Assembly (NCBI GenBank): GCA_036785375.1
Contig: JAWMAR010001053.1
Span: 186,001-250,000 of the forward strand
Reading direction: 5' to 3'
DNA: 64,000 nucleotides
From: Leucoraja ocellata
Lineage: Eukaryota
A program made the translations under genes and the position numbers. Under the pieces are notes generated by a model. That model saw only the letters and a list, made by a program, of their open reading frames with translations. It made no database searches and had not been told where the DNA came from. Of this stretch, positions 34,412 to 46,868 are shown one piece after another (the first letter of the stretch is position 1; each line of letters begins with the position of its first letter).

Positions 34412-35164
34412 TTGTGAATACAAGCTATTCTTTCAAGACATTATTGCAGACCCTGATGCTTGAGATATGTTGGCCAGAGACATGACTGCTGCGAAAAATG
34501 TCTTAATACAGTTTTGCTGAAGGAGCATGTGACCCAAGGTTTTGAATGAGGTAGAACAAGCCATAAAACCCACCAGTGAAGTGAATGGCGATATTGGCAG
34601 TGAGGAATGGTGTTGTTAAGTGATCGATGTGGAAGGCTGGGGTCTTGGGAAGGGATTGCAAGAGGGATTTGCAGGGGAAAGAAAACATGCGGGCAGGATG
34701 ATTTTCAGGATGCAGGAGAGAGTGCTGAGAAAATACACAGATATTCCCTTCTTTCCCCCTCTGGCTGGAATGCCTGGATTTAAAAGGGGTAGGCTGATGA
34801 GGATCATGTAGCCCAATTCAATATCTGCTAATTGGACCAATTTGTTACTTATTTGGTTGTGGACTCAGCTCAATGGTGCTGCGGTTTGGCCTCTCCTACC
34901 CTGCTTGCTGGTGATGGGGATCTGAGCAGCATCCGAGGTAGGGGGCGCTGTCACACCATGTTCTAGTTTCGTATCTAGATTTTATGCCATATTTGATGTC
35001 CAAATTTTCAGATTTAGTGCCTGAAATGTTTATATCAGGCCACTAAATGATTAAAATAATTTCCCAGTATAATTAAATCCAGGATAAAAATAAGGAACCA
35101 CAACAAAATTGGAAAAAGGTTTCTTAATATTATTATTTGAAGATCATATACCAAAAATACAATA

Positions 35165-35502
35165 ATAGAAACATAGAAACATAGAAATTAGGTGCAGGAG
35201 TAGGCCATTCGGCCCTTCGAGCCTGCACCGCCATTCAATATGATCATGGCTGATCTTCCAACTCAGTACCCCGTACCTGCCTTCTCTCCATACCCTCCGA
35301 TCCCTTTGGCCACAAGGGCCACATCTAACTCCCTCTTAAATATAGCCAATGAACTGGCCTCAACTACCCTCTGTGGCAGAGAGTTCCAGAGATTCACCAC
35401 TCTCTGTGTGAAAAAAGTTCTCCTCATCTCGGTTCTAAAGGATTTCCCCCTTATCCTTAAGCTGTGACCCCTTGTCCTGGACTTCCCCAACATCGGGAAC
35501 AA
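35165..35502 (-). mobile_element. Young CR1 3' fragment
   Basis: Nearly identical to the 3' end of 33262-34411. acaataa is present at both flanks. Confidence 0.92.
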
Positions 35503-35866
35503 TAACTCAGTGATTGCAAGGTTGAAGAGATTGGCTCCCACTTCAGGAGATAAAAGTATTGCCAGGCTAATTATACTATTAGTATACGATAGATTAAAGA
35601 AACATCTACCTGGTCATTCTATGTAGAGTTAATACTTCAAAAGGCAGTAGTACTGTTGTCACAACAGTTCTATCTCTAATTTATAGAAACTTTTCTTTAG
35701 TGCTTCCTCAGTTATTTTTCTTCTCATATATCTGTATTTGTAATGTAACAGCAGTGACACATATGATAGTATCATTTAAAGGAGCAATTATTCAATCTGA
35801 AGAATTTAATTTCAGTTTTCTAAATTTACTTGATGACCATCATTAATATAAATAAAGTAGTTTGCT

Positions 35867-35957
35867 ACTGAAGAAGGGTCTCAACCCGAAACGTAATCTA
35901 TCCATGTTTTCCAGAGATGCTGCCTGTCCCGCTGAGTTACCTTAGCACCTTTTACCC
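35867..35957 (+). mobile_element. Single-arm Penelope-derived element with hammerhead-like core
   Basis: ctgaagaagggtctcaacccgaaacgta. TSD tagtttgct at 35858-35866 and 35958-35966. Confidence 0.75.
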
Positions 35958-36019
35958 TAGTTTGCTTTCATATTGATTACCTTTGTGCTCTGCATCTCTA
36001 ATCTCTCAATGTTGATCTC

Positions 36020-36365
36020 TGTCATGCAAGAAATTACCAGGCAGACAGATGAAAAGATTCAAGATATGCTCAAAGTCTCTTTGAGAAAATGCAGCATCCT
36101 CACTGACGCCTTGGAATCACTGGCCAATAAATGCTCAACATGAAGTATCTTGAATGCTTTTGAGAATCTTGAGTCCAGGTATTGAAAACATGTGAAGTAT
36201 TTCATAAATATAGAACAACACCACACCTAAGTATACATGATGGGCATTCCTGAGCTCTAAGTGATAAAGCTTGTGATTCCCACATTGGCCTCATCAGTTA
36301 CATCAGTTAAATTAGAGTGGAAACAAATAATCTCCAATCCACAGTGAATGTATAAGAAGAAAAAG
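36020..36365 (+). mobile_element. Old RTE (BovB-like) LINE 3' fragment
   Basis: Coding remnants like KRF.DMLKVSLRKCSILTDA.ESLA and HIGLIS, followed by an aagaaga tail. Confidence 0.6.
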
Positions 36366-36599
36366 TACCTCTAATTCATGTTCAGATCAGTATTATTTGA
36401 CTTTATGTAAGAATTAACTTAAACAACTCCAGCATTTCTAGTTCAAAAATAATCAATGCTTGGATAGCAGTGCAAGCAGTCTGCACTGCTTTCTTTATGC
36501 AGCTAACCACAATCTTTGAAGATTATATTTTTTGATCTGAAGTTGTGATGCTCATGTTTAAAAAGTGTACTTTATTGATCGAGCAATTTGTCTTATCTG

Positions 36600-38300
36600 A
36601 TCAATTTCAGTTATTTGTATTCATCATTCAATGGTTTAAAGGAAGTACAGGAAAAAGGGATCTTATTTGAGTAGATTCAAATTGTTATAAGATATAGAAT
36701 CAGTTTTAATGGCGCTAAGAAACAACAAGGAGCAAAATACATTAGTGTGTTTTTTATAGGCTTCAAAATTGCAATGTTAATGAATGGTGTAGAATAAATT
36801 TGAAAGTTAAAGGCACACGTAATAAAAGTTATACAATAATTAAAGGTGATATCAGTTTATATATAACAAACCAAATTAGCATTTGATGATGAAATCAAGG
36901 AGTTTAAACAAGATGTTTTTCATTTATTGAGGAACAAGATGAATTTAAATTTAGTAAAGGGCCTTTAGAGGGGAAGCGCATTAAGGCCAAAAATGATTTA
37001 GTTGAATCCAAAACCAGTAGTCTTAAACTAAACAAAGTCAATTATGGTAATATTTTGGCAGAGACAATTAATGCCATAATTTGGGAAACCACACAAGACA
37101 AATTAATTAAAAAGTGAAGACAACTTATGAATTGATAATTCGTTTAAGGTGTAAAACCCCAACAAAAAATCTATGATTGAAAAGACCAGTTAAAGATAGT
37201 ACTAGTCCAAAAGAAAACTCCTACTAAAAGGAACTATAGATCTGGCGATTAGGAAAAAATAGGATATTAGGAAAAATGAGCAAATGAGGATAAAGAAAGG
37301 CAAAGCAAAGTGAGGTAAGGCAAGGGAAAGTGGACTATGAGTGCATACTGATTGTAAAAAAAATCTATTGATAGATAAAGAAAAATATTGGCTCCCGACT
37401 GACACAGGAGAAATGATATTCAGGTGTATGGAAACAGCTGAGAAAAGCACCAAATATTTTAGATTTCTTACAGAGACCAAAACACAAGGCAGTGTGGAAA
37501 ACAAAAATGTGAATAAAGAACTGAATGAAATTAGCATTAATTATTTAAAAAATGCATAATCAGTGAACAAGAAGACAATTAATTCCCAGGAACTTGATGG
37601 CCTACATCACAAGGTTTTGGGAGAGGTGGTTCTGAATGTACCAGCGGCATGGATTGCCATTTTCCAATGCTCCAAGATTCAGGAATGGTTCCCACAGATT
37701 AGAAGTTGATAAATAGATCGCCCATACTTAAGAAGATCAGTAAGAAATGCAAGTGCAGTAAGCAACCGAAAATGTGAATTCACTGCAAGAAGATTTAAGT
37801 GCAAGAGTAAAGACATCTCACTCTAATTATGTCAAACTTCATTTAAAGTGCCTCTCGTAAATTGTGAGCACGTTCCAATCTCCCAATCGAAGGAAAGTTA
37901 TATTTACAATATTGGGGTACAATCAAGGACCACCTGACACAGGGGGATTTGGTCTTTTAAGAGAGATTAAGAAAATTCGCTACAATTTAATACTTAAGTA
38001 GTGAGCTCACTAAAATAAAATAAACTATTTTGTGGCTTGTCTCGGTAAATGCAATGGTATTTTCTCTGGTTGTGGTGTTTAGAATCAGAGGTCATGGTCT
38101 CAAAATCTGTGGTTGGCGTTTGGAGGCCTGAGGTAGGAAGAAAGTTCTTCACTCAGATGGTAATTAATCTTTAACAACCTCTATCCAAGTGGGCTGTTGA
38201 AGGATGAGCTGTTGAATATATAGAAGACAGAGATCAACAGATCCACTCGAGATCCTGAGCAATCAAGGACATCAATTGATGTTGCGATGAGAACTATAAT
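36600..38300 (+). mobile_element. Ancient, highly degenerate CR1 ORF2
   Basis: Remnants in CR1 order: DTGEMI, gatggcctacatc, ggaatggttcccacagattagaag, agaatcagaggtcatggtctcaaaat, ttcttcactcagatggtaattaatct. Confidence 0.55.
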
Positions 38301-38384
38301 AAATAGCAGGACTACTCAATGAAATCAGAAGGGGGCTTAACTATTTCCCCTTAATTCAATGGAGCATTTTGAGACAGCGGTTAA

Positions 38385-38850
38385 GTGATAGGAGCAGAAT
38401 TAGGCCATTCAGCTCATTAAGTCTACTCTGCCATTCAATCATGGCTAATCTATCTCTCCCTCCTAACCTCATTCTCCTGCCTTCTCCCCATAACTCCTGA
38501 CACGCGCACTAACAAGAATCTATCTATATCTGCCTTAAAGATATCCATTGACGGCATCCACAGCCTTTTGTGGCAAATAATTCCACAGATTCACCACCCT
38601 CTGACTAAAGTAATTCCTCCTCATCTCCTTCCTAAAGGAATGTCCTTCAATTCTGAGGCTATGACCTCTGGTCCTAGACTCTCCCACTAGTGGAAATATC
38701 CTCTCCACACCCACTCTATCCAAGCCTTTCACTATTCTGTAAGTTTCAATGAGGTCCTCCCTCATCCTTCTAAACTCCAGCGAGTACAGGCCCAGTGCCG
38801 TCACACGCTCATCATATGTTAAACCACTAATTCCTGAGATAATTCTTGGG
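38385..38850 (-). mobile_element. CR1 3' fragment
   Basis: ORF 38535-38804 reads LGLYSLEFRRMREDLIETY...FSQRVVNLWN. Confidence 0.88.
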
Positions 38851-39264
38851 AATGATCAATCCGGGTGATCAATCTTTGCTTCACAATGAAGGGATATACT
38901 CAGTATGCTAATGGTCTCTAGAAATTTTAGCCACATCTCCAGCACTACATCCTATTTGACATTTGAATTTACATAATTAAAGTTGCATGCGCAAGTGTAC
39001 TTTGACAGCTATCATCATATTCAACTGCTTCTTCTAAGTCTCTGCAAATGAAACACAATATTGGGGTTGTGCAACAATAACTTCAAGAACTTACATACCC
39101 ATCTCAGATTGTTTTTATCTAAACAGTGGCTTTTGGATGCCAGACACCTCTTAAACATAAACAACAAGACATGAAAATTTGCCACTCCATATCTTACAGT
39201 GTCATGTTCGCTCATGTACGATCTTCCTTATATTTGCAGCCATTCACAACTTACTGACTACTGG

Positions 39265-39442
39265 AGATAGACACAAAATGCTGGAGTAACTCAGCTGGAC
39301 TGGCAGTATCTCTGTCTGAAGAAGGGTCTCGACCCAAAATGCTACCCTTTCTTTCTATCCAGAGATGCTGCCTGTCCCATTGAGTCACTCCAGCATTTTG
39401 TGTCTATCTTTGGTTTAAACCAGCATCTGCAGTTCCTTCCTC
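39265..39442. mobile_element. Penelope-derived element, partial inverted arm plus hammerhead arm
   Basis: ctgaagaagggtctcgaccc. 18-bp TSD caact(t/c)actgactactgg at 39247-39264 and 39443-39460. Confidence 0.75.
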
Positions 39443-39949
39443 CAACTCACTGACTACTGGTTCTGCCTAAGGTAATAGACTCATTGTAGTGTTACTGTGT
39501 GTTAGTGTTGGATTCCTGAGCAAAGACTGCCTCTGCAGTAAGTTAACATATTAAACCTTTGAACTGTCTTTGGGGGTTCAGTGAGATTGTTAATCTTAAA
39601 GTCAGGGTAGCCCAACAATTGCAAGATGGTGCCAGCAGCACTGATTGCTTTCTGAATCAGATTCTGAGAAGTAACTCGGGTGATTCTGTTTGTCATTGAC
39701 ACAGTTGGGCACAACATCTGAGAGCCAATACCAGGTCCCACCCATTGTGAAACATGCCTCTCTAAACTGGCCCCTTGTCTCTTGGTGCCCCTATCTGAGC
39801 TGGTGCTCTCCTAGGAGAGGCACACTTCAACAATAGGTGCTCTTCCCTTGTAAAAACTGGTGTAGCCATCTCCTCTTCTTTTCAGATGACTGTAGATCCT
39901 TTGTGGCACCAGGCTGTGTGGAGTGCCAATGTATAGCAAAGGAAAACAA

Positions 39950-40195
39950 AGGGGTAACCTTTTCACAAAAAGGGTGGTGGGTGTATGGAACAAGCTGCCA
40001 GAGTAGGTAGTTGAGACAGGGACTATCCCAACATTGAAGAAACACTTAGTCAGGTACACGGATAGGGCAGGTTTGGAAGGATATGGACCAAACGTGGGCA
40101 GGTGGGACTAGTGTCGCTGGGGCATGTTAGCCGGTGTGGACAAGTTGGGTCGAAGGACCTGTTTCCACGCTGTATCACTCCATGACTCTATGAAA
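39950..40195 (+). mobile_element. CR1 3' fragment
   Basis: ggggtaacctttttcacaaaaagggtggtgggtgtatggaacaagctgcc and a CR1 tail. Confidence 0.8.
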
Positions 40196-40309
40196 AGAGT
40201 ATCACCTGAAAATATTCATTGCCAAGCAACCTTGTAGCTACATTGAGAACTGAAGTCTACTGTGATTTACACCTTTCTGCAACTATTGCATTTGGACCAT
40301 ATTCCTGAT

Positions 40310-41100
40310 TAATGTTTCCTGTCCATGTACTGTCCAAATGTCTTTTAAATGTCACTACACTGACTGCCTCAATTTCCTCCTCTGGCAGCTCTTTCCATAT
40401 ATCCACCAACCTCTGCATAAAAAAGTAGCATCTCTAACTTTGATTTAATCTTTCCCCTCTCACTTTAATTCTATGTATTGGCTCTTTATTCCCCCACTCT
40501 GGGTAAAAAAAAACCTGTACATTTACCCCATCTATTCCCCTCATGATTTGATCCACCTCTATCGGATCACCCCTCATCCTCCTGCACTCCAAGGAATAAA
40601 GTTCTAGCCTACCCAACCTATGGCTCAGGCCCTCGTCCTGGCAACTTCCTTCTGAATCTCTTGTGTACATTTTCAAAACTTAACAACATCTTCCATAGAC
40701 ATAGAAACATAGAAAATAGGTGCAGGAGTAGGCCATTCGGCCCGTAGAGCATGCACCACCATTCAATGTGATCATGGCTGATCATCCTAAATCAGTACCC
40801 ATTCCTGCCTTCTCCCCATATCCCTTGATTCCGTTAGCGCTAAGAGCTGTATCTAACCATCCCTTGAAAACAAGTATAGCAGGGTGATCAGAACTACTCC
40901 AAATGCAGCCTCACCCTGTGCCTTGTACAGCTGCAATATAACATTCCAACTTCTATACTCAATAACCTGACTGAAAGCAAATGTGCCAAAGGCCTTCTTG
41001 ACCTATCTACCTTTGATTCCACTTTTGATTAACTATGTTGCTGCACTCCTAAATCCCTCTGCTCTATAACAGTCCCTGGAGCTCTGCCATTCACTATCAT
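40310..41100 (-). mobile_element. Older CR1 fragment with a younger CR1 tail inserted at about 40695-40870
   Basis: ORF 40434-40676 reads LYSLECRRMRGD. An internal (catagaaa)n-tailed piece is present. Confidence 0.75.
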
Positions 41101-42419
41101 GTTCACCTGTGAATGGTTAGAAGTGTTACCAAGACACATAAACAGATGTCACATTGTGACCTTCTTGGATAATTACAGAGAATAGTTAAGGATGAGCTGT
41201 TGGCATACTAAAGCGGTGAGGGACAAGATATACTGTTGAGGCCACGTGTGAATGAGTAAGTTGGTGCAGCGGTAGAGTCATCATCAATGGCATCTTCGAT
41301 TATTTTTGGCACTGGTCACCAATGTGGGCAATGTTTCTACCAGGGATGAACTCCCAGGCAAGCTCCGGCTGGTGTCACCTTGAACATAGGACAATCTTAG
41401 AGCAAAATAGTCCACGTATCCTTTAAGGTTGCAGCTATATAACTAAGTGCCAGCAGGTGCAAAAATCGAATCAGAGCTATTCAATAACACCTACTGTTTC
41501 TGAATCAACAGTGAAGAATTTCTAGCCCCTTGTTACCATTACCAGAAAGTACAGGTAATAAACCTGTCAATATAACTCTGGGAGACGAACTTTTGAGCTG
41601 CCAACAAGACTGAAAAAATAATTGTTAGCACTTTGGAATAAATACAGTTATTGGAATACATAATGCTGAGAAGTGGACAATTATCTTTCTGTTCACATCG
41701 CTCCCCAGTCATTTGGACCATATTCAGCTCTCTTTGCAGTACATGGAGAGTCACTTTACTAATAAATCCTTTTCAAGAGACACATTTGTCTGGCACAGTA
41801 GAGGATGGCAAACAATATTGTCCTTTTTAAAATATTTCCTACGGCCTTAGAAGCACTGGTGAACTTGGATGCTGGGAGAAATAAATCAAGGCAGCCAGGC
41901 TAATAATAATGATGAGTTGCCCTTGGGTTGTATTTAGACGAGATTAGGGCTGGATTTAGATGAAGAGAGGCCCTAAGCTATTTCACTTGTGAGCCATCCC
42001 CCCACCCACCCAATCCCCCACCCCCACGACTAGAGGTCCATGACTATCCGATAGTGACAGTGTGACACTTTTAGATCCGACTGTATGTTGTCATTAAACA
42101 GATGGTTTTAAAATACATATTGGATTCACCGCGGAGCGAGAAATGCCTTACCTGGATCGCCGTTTGAAGCTCCAAAGTGTTGGGCCTGCTGCTTCAACAT
42201 CATGGAGCTGTGGTTTGCGGAGGTCACAACCTCGGGCCGCGCTAATTTTAATATCGCGGAGCCTTGGGAACCCTTTGCCGAGGGTCGCAGGCGTGAATCT
42301 CCACCCAGCACAGCCTGTGGACTTTGGGAGCCGCGGTCTCCGGTAGGAAGTGGCCGATTCGGATGTCCAAGCTGCTGAGAATGTTCTCCCGTTCCAACAT
42401 CGGATGGTGACCCCCAAAT

Positions 42420-43060
42420 GTCATTGTACCAATGGCCCTGAGGGGGGGGGGGGGGGAGTGGTCCAAGAGGAGGGGATCCGTTTGGAGACGGGAAAAGGCA
42501 TCATCAATGGGGGCGAGGACTCCTTCCCATGAAATAACGGTGTGAGGCGGGAGCGACAGAAGAAGAGCTCCAAATTGTGGTGGCCGCGAAACTCATTGAG
42601 GTGGGGATGGAGGGGGACAAAGGTGAGGCCTCTGCTGAGGCCAGACCGTTCGGGATCTGAGAGGGGGAGATCAGGGGGGATGGTGAACACACGGCAGGGA
42701 TAGGGGTTGGGGCCAGAGGCAGGTGAGTAGACTGAGGCCAAGGCGGTGTCTGGTGGATGGGTGGTGGGTGTTCAGGGGGTAGGGGGGTATTAGAACTGTA
42801 GTGTGGGTGGGGAGGATCTGTGGGTCACATGGTTTGAGGGGAATGGGGAAGACCCATTGGAACAGCCACTGAGATTACCAGGGTTGGGGGGGTGGAGGCT
42901 AGCACTTGAAGCCAGCGGTCAAACCCAGGGGAGTTGGAGTCTGCAGCATGGAAGCAATGGGTCCGGTGAGGTAGCGAGGTGAGTAGGCCCCCCTAGATCT
43001 CGAGGTCCTAAGCATAAGCTTGTCTAGCTTACACATAAATCTGGCCCCGGATGAGATGCC
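42420..43060 (-). mobile_element. Penelope-like element ORF fragment (region upstream of RT)
   Basis: ORF 42421-42741 reads VFTIPPDLPLSDPERSGLSRGLTFVPLHPHLNEF, matching the LS.GL.F.P motif that precedes Penelope RT. Confidence 0.65.
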
Positions 43061-43404
43061 AGCCATCAATAATATTTTTGGGTCAAAATGTCTTTATTAT
43101 CAGACAAATTATTAGAATTGATTTAAGCATGCATATTACTTCATGGTACTATTTGAAAAATTAAACGGTAAACGATAAGATTTGTGTAAGACCAAGACAT
43201 TTATATCAATTATTTTCCATTGTTAATCTTGACTCCATTTTGTAGAAGGCAAAATATCCATAATTTAAACACGGAATGGGTATTTTTGATTATATTCCAT
43301 TGTGCAAATGAGCAAACCAATTGAACAGGACATAAATTGGTAGCCCAAAAGCAAAAACGAAAAGCTGGAAGGCAGCAACTCAGAAATCATGTGATATGTA
43401 GATT

Positions 43405-44010
43405 TTGACCATTCGGCCCATCAAGTCTACTCCAGCATTCAATCATGGCTGATCTATCTCTCCCTCCTAATCCCATTCTCCTGTCTTCTCCCCATAACCC
43501 CTGGCTCCTGTACTAATCAAGAATCTATCTATCTCTGCCTTAAAAATAGCCATTGACTTGACCTCCACAGCTTTCTGTGGCAAATAAACTTTGTTGGAAA
43601 TATTTAGCAGCATATGTGCAGAGAAAAATATGAGTCACGTTAGAACGTAGAACAGTACAGCACAGGAACAGCCCTTCAGCCTACAATGTCCATGCCCAAC
43701 ACGATGCCAAGTTAAACTAGTCACATCTTTTTGCATAAGATCCATATCCTTATATTCCCTGCAAATCCATGTGCCTATCCAAAAGCCTTGTAAATGCCAC
43801 TATCATATCTGTCTCCACCATCATTCCTGGCAACATCTTCCAGGCACCGACCATACCCTGTAAAACCTGCCCTGTATATTTCCTTTCAACTTTGCACCTG
43901 ATGCTCTGCCTTCTAGTTTTTTTTTCACATTTCCACCACCCAAAACAATTCTGACTGTCTACCTGATCTATGCCTCTCATAATTTTATATATGTCTAACA
44001 AATCTCCTCT
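43405..44010 (-). mobile_element. Two adjacent CR1 3' fragments (about 43405-43590 and 43640-44010)
   Basis: CR1 3' UTRs; ORF 43750-44055 reads RGDLLDIYKIMRGID. Confidence 0.75.
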
Positions 44011-44174
44011 TGGGCCCCATTGATGAACTTTGGTAAACTTAATTTTTTTTTTCAACTTATTTTGCTTATTTTAGTCATTTAAGTTATTTATTTTTGTTCT
44101 ATTTTTTTTAATTATTTCAGTAATCTTAGTAGTTCTGTCATGGATATGTAAATAGGCTCTTAAACTATTTTATG

Positions 44175-44330
44175 TGAAGGAACTGCAGATGCTGGTTTAT
44201 ACCGAAAATAGACATAAAGTGCTGGAGTAACTCAGCGGGTCAGGCAGCAACTCTGGAGAAAAAGGATGGTGACATTTCAGGTCGGAACGTCTGAAGAAGG
44301 GTTCCGACCTGAAACGTCACCAATCCTTGT
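44175..44330. mobile_element. Penelope-derived palindromic element with well-preserved hammerhead core
   Basis: ctgaagaagggttccgacctgaaacgtc at 44291-44318, with an inverted arm upstream. Confidence 0.75.
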
Positions 44331-44654
44331 CAAACTCCACCTCAATTCTCTCCTCCTAGTTTTGTGAGTGAGACCCACAGGTTGCTGAGACCTAACGAGA
44401 CAGTGGAATAGTTGGGAAATGAGTAGTTATCGTACTCAGCCTTATTAAAGTGATCAGGTAAGTGTGGATGGTCAGCTATCAGGGCGCTGAGCCAAATTCA
44501 GTTTGATTCAGGATGCCAAAGGTAAAAAACTTGAAATAATGCGATGAGAGTTCTTGCATTCACCCACGAGAGTTTCAAAATGATTTATCAGCCACAAGAG
44601 AGCAACTTCATTCTTGCAATATTCCCCTCATCATTGCATTAGGGTCTTGTTCTG

Positions 44655-44755
44655 AGTTGGATGATCAGCCATGATCATATTGAATGGCGGTGCAGGCTCG
44701 AAGGGCCGAATGGCCTACTCCTGCACCTAATTTCTATGTTTCTATGTTTCTATGT
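44655..44755 (+). mobile_element. Young CR1 3' tail
   Basis: 3' UTR followed by (tttctatg)n. Confidence 0.85.
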
Positions 44756-44944
44756 TTGTACACAGATTTTTGAATGGGGATTGAACTGAGGAGAAGCTGT
44801 CACTGAATGTTTCAGTATTTTCAAGCATGAACAAATCATGCAGAAAGTGGACACCTTGTCTTGATGTTCTATCATTCTCAAACTTAAGCATATCAAGTCA
44901 TTCTGAGACCAATTTATGTTGGTGGAGGGGAAGTGATAGGCTGG

Positions 44945-45085
44945 AAAAGTGGAGGGCACGTAATCCCTCGACATAACTCCTCATAAAATAAAGATCAAAC
45001 TACAAACTGGTAAGTTCTCGTTTAATCTTACTATTTTACTTCGGAGTCACGTGAGTGACTACGTGTAGATTTTAAAGATCTGTGA
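44945..45085 (-). mobile_element. Isolated DIRS internal complementary region (ICR) fragment
   Basis: Matches 47080-47215, including the ICR-specific flanks ggagggcacg and gattttaaagatctgtga. Confidence 0.8.
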
Positions 45086-45464
45086 CCTAACCCAATGCAA
45101 TAAAATCCTGTAAACCACTTCTAAATGAAAAAGATTTTCCCAGTTGTTTGGAATGCAGATATATGTTGCAAAACCTAATTGGCCGCAAACTGCACTCACT
45201 CTACAAGCTAAGGGATACACGTGATGCAGTCATGGCTGTTTTTTTTCGCAAGGCTTAGTTGATTAGTACAAGTGTCAGAGATTATGGGGAGAAGGCAGGA
45301 GAATTGGGTTAAAAGGGAGAGATAGTCATGATTGAATAGCAGAGACTTGATGGGCCGAAAGGCCTAATTCTACTATTCCATATTATGACCTTATGACTTT
45401 ATATTATTGTAGCAGAGTAGAGAAAATCTGGCCTACACAATTGACTAAGAAAAATTGAAGCTAA

Positions 45465-46725
45465 AATAGTAAGATTAAGATACAAGATACAAGATACATT
45501 TAATTGTCATTTGGACCCCTTGAGGTCCAAACGAAATGCCGTTTCTGCAGCCATACATTACAAACAAATAGACCCAAGACACAACAACACAACATAATTT
45601 ACATAAACATCCATCACATCATTGTGATGGAAGGCCAAAACACTTATTTCTCCACTGCACTCTCCCCCCCCCACGACGTCAGAGTCAAAGTCAAAGCCCC
45701 CGGCTGGCGATGGCGATTGTCCCGCGGCCATCAAAGCCACGCCGGGTGATGCGAGGTCGCACACCGGGTCTTGCTGTTAGAGCCCCCGGCGTGCGCTCGC
45801 ACAGTCCCGAGGCCATTCCAAGCCTCGCGGGGTGGTGCTGTAAAGGCCCCGCTCCAGGAGCTCTTCAACCCCACAACTCGGGCGGGGGAAGTCGCCATTG
45901 CGAGAGCCCTGAAAAGCGGTCTCCCTCCAGGGAGCCGCGGGCTCCCGGTGCCGCCGTCCACAGACCTGCCGTTGGAGCCTCCGACTCTCCGGTAGCAGCA
46001 GCAGCAGCAGCAGCATCAGCGCTCCTCCACCGCTCCACCCGCTCCGGTCTCGGCCAGCCCCGCGACGGCGACGGTGAGTCGTAGCACCAGAGTCCCCGGC
46101 TTCTTCCTGTTGGAGGCCGCTCCTCGTTGCGGCCCCAACGACAACGGAAACCCGACGAAAAAAGGTCGGGTCTCCAGTGCAGGGAGAGATTTAAAAAGTT
46201 TCCCCCCCCTCCCTCCCCTCCCTCCCCACCCCCACCCCCCCACACACACACACCCCAACAAAAAATAACAAAAACTACATTAAAACACAGACAAAAAATA
46301 ATAAACCGCGGACAGACTGCAGAGGCCGCTGCTGACGAGAGTCGCGCCGCCCACCGGATTTTATGAAGAGTTACGTCGAGGGATTACGTGAAGACCCCGC
46401 CAGCACGCATGCGCGACATTCTTCAAAGCAGTGGTGTGAAATCACAGCCAACAGTAGATGAAATAAACATAGTAAGATAAGAAGAACTAGGATACCAGTT
46501 GATCTTTATGATAGAGGGTGGGAGCGGAGGGCATGTAAACCCTCGACGTAACTCCTCATAAAATAAAGATCAAACTTCAAACTGGTAAGTTCTCGTTTAA
46601 TCTTACTATTTTACTTCGGAGTCACGTGAGTGACTACGTGAAGATTTTAAAGATCTGTGATTTCAAGCCGTGGAACAATCCATGCTTCACTCACTGCCGA
46701 AGTAATCCAACGGAGGAAGTATGTT
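45465..46725 (-). mobile_element. DIRS 3'-end fragment (right ITR plus ICR), interrupted by 45477-46357
   Basis: aatagtaagatt at 45465. The sequence resumes with attttatgaagagttacg at 46358 and parallels 46915-47285. Confidence 0.78.
45477..46357 (-). mobile_element. GC/CpG-rich non-coding retroposon with Rex1/Babar-type tail
   Basis: Minus strand starts ggtgggcggcgcgactctcg and ends with a hairpin, tgacaattaaa and (tgtatct)n. No recognisable protein in its ORFs. Confidence 0.65.
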
Positions 46726-46868
46726 ATCATACTTGCTGCAGCACAACAGAATATGTGAAAATAATGGGGGGGAAAAGAAAAAGTTCAATAAATAACAAAT
46801 ATAGTGCAAATAACAAATAATAATACAGTATTTTGCAGTTCAGAACTCATAGCTTATTTGTTGTGTTT

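Noticed and set aside
34560-34840. Possible ancient LINE RT remnant on the minus strand (LSCILKII, FHIDHLTT)
   Set aside because: The resemblance is too weak to call without a profile search.
41150-41380. Possible minus-strand exon
   Set aside because: Reading frames close quickly, with no convincing donor or homology.
42126-42420. CpG-rich segment with several short ORFs beside the Penelope fragment
   Set aside because: I could not assign it to any family or motif.
45710-46366. Many overlapping ORFs, CpG-island-like composition and a (CAG)n run
   Set aside because: They lie within a GC-rich retroposon. There is no domain similarity and no evidence for a host promoter.
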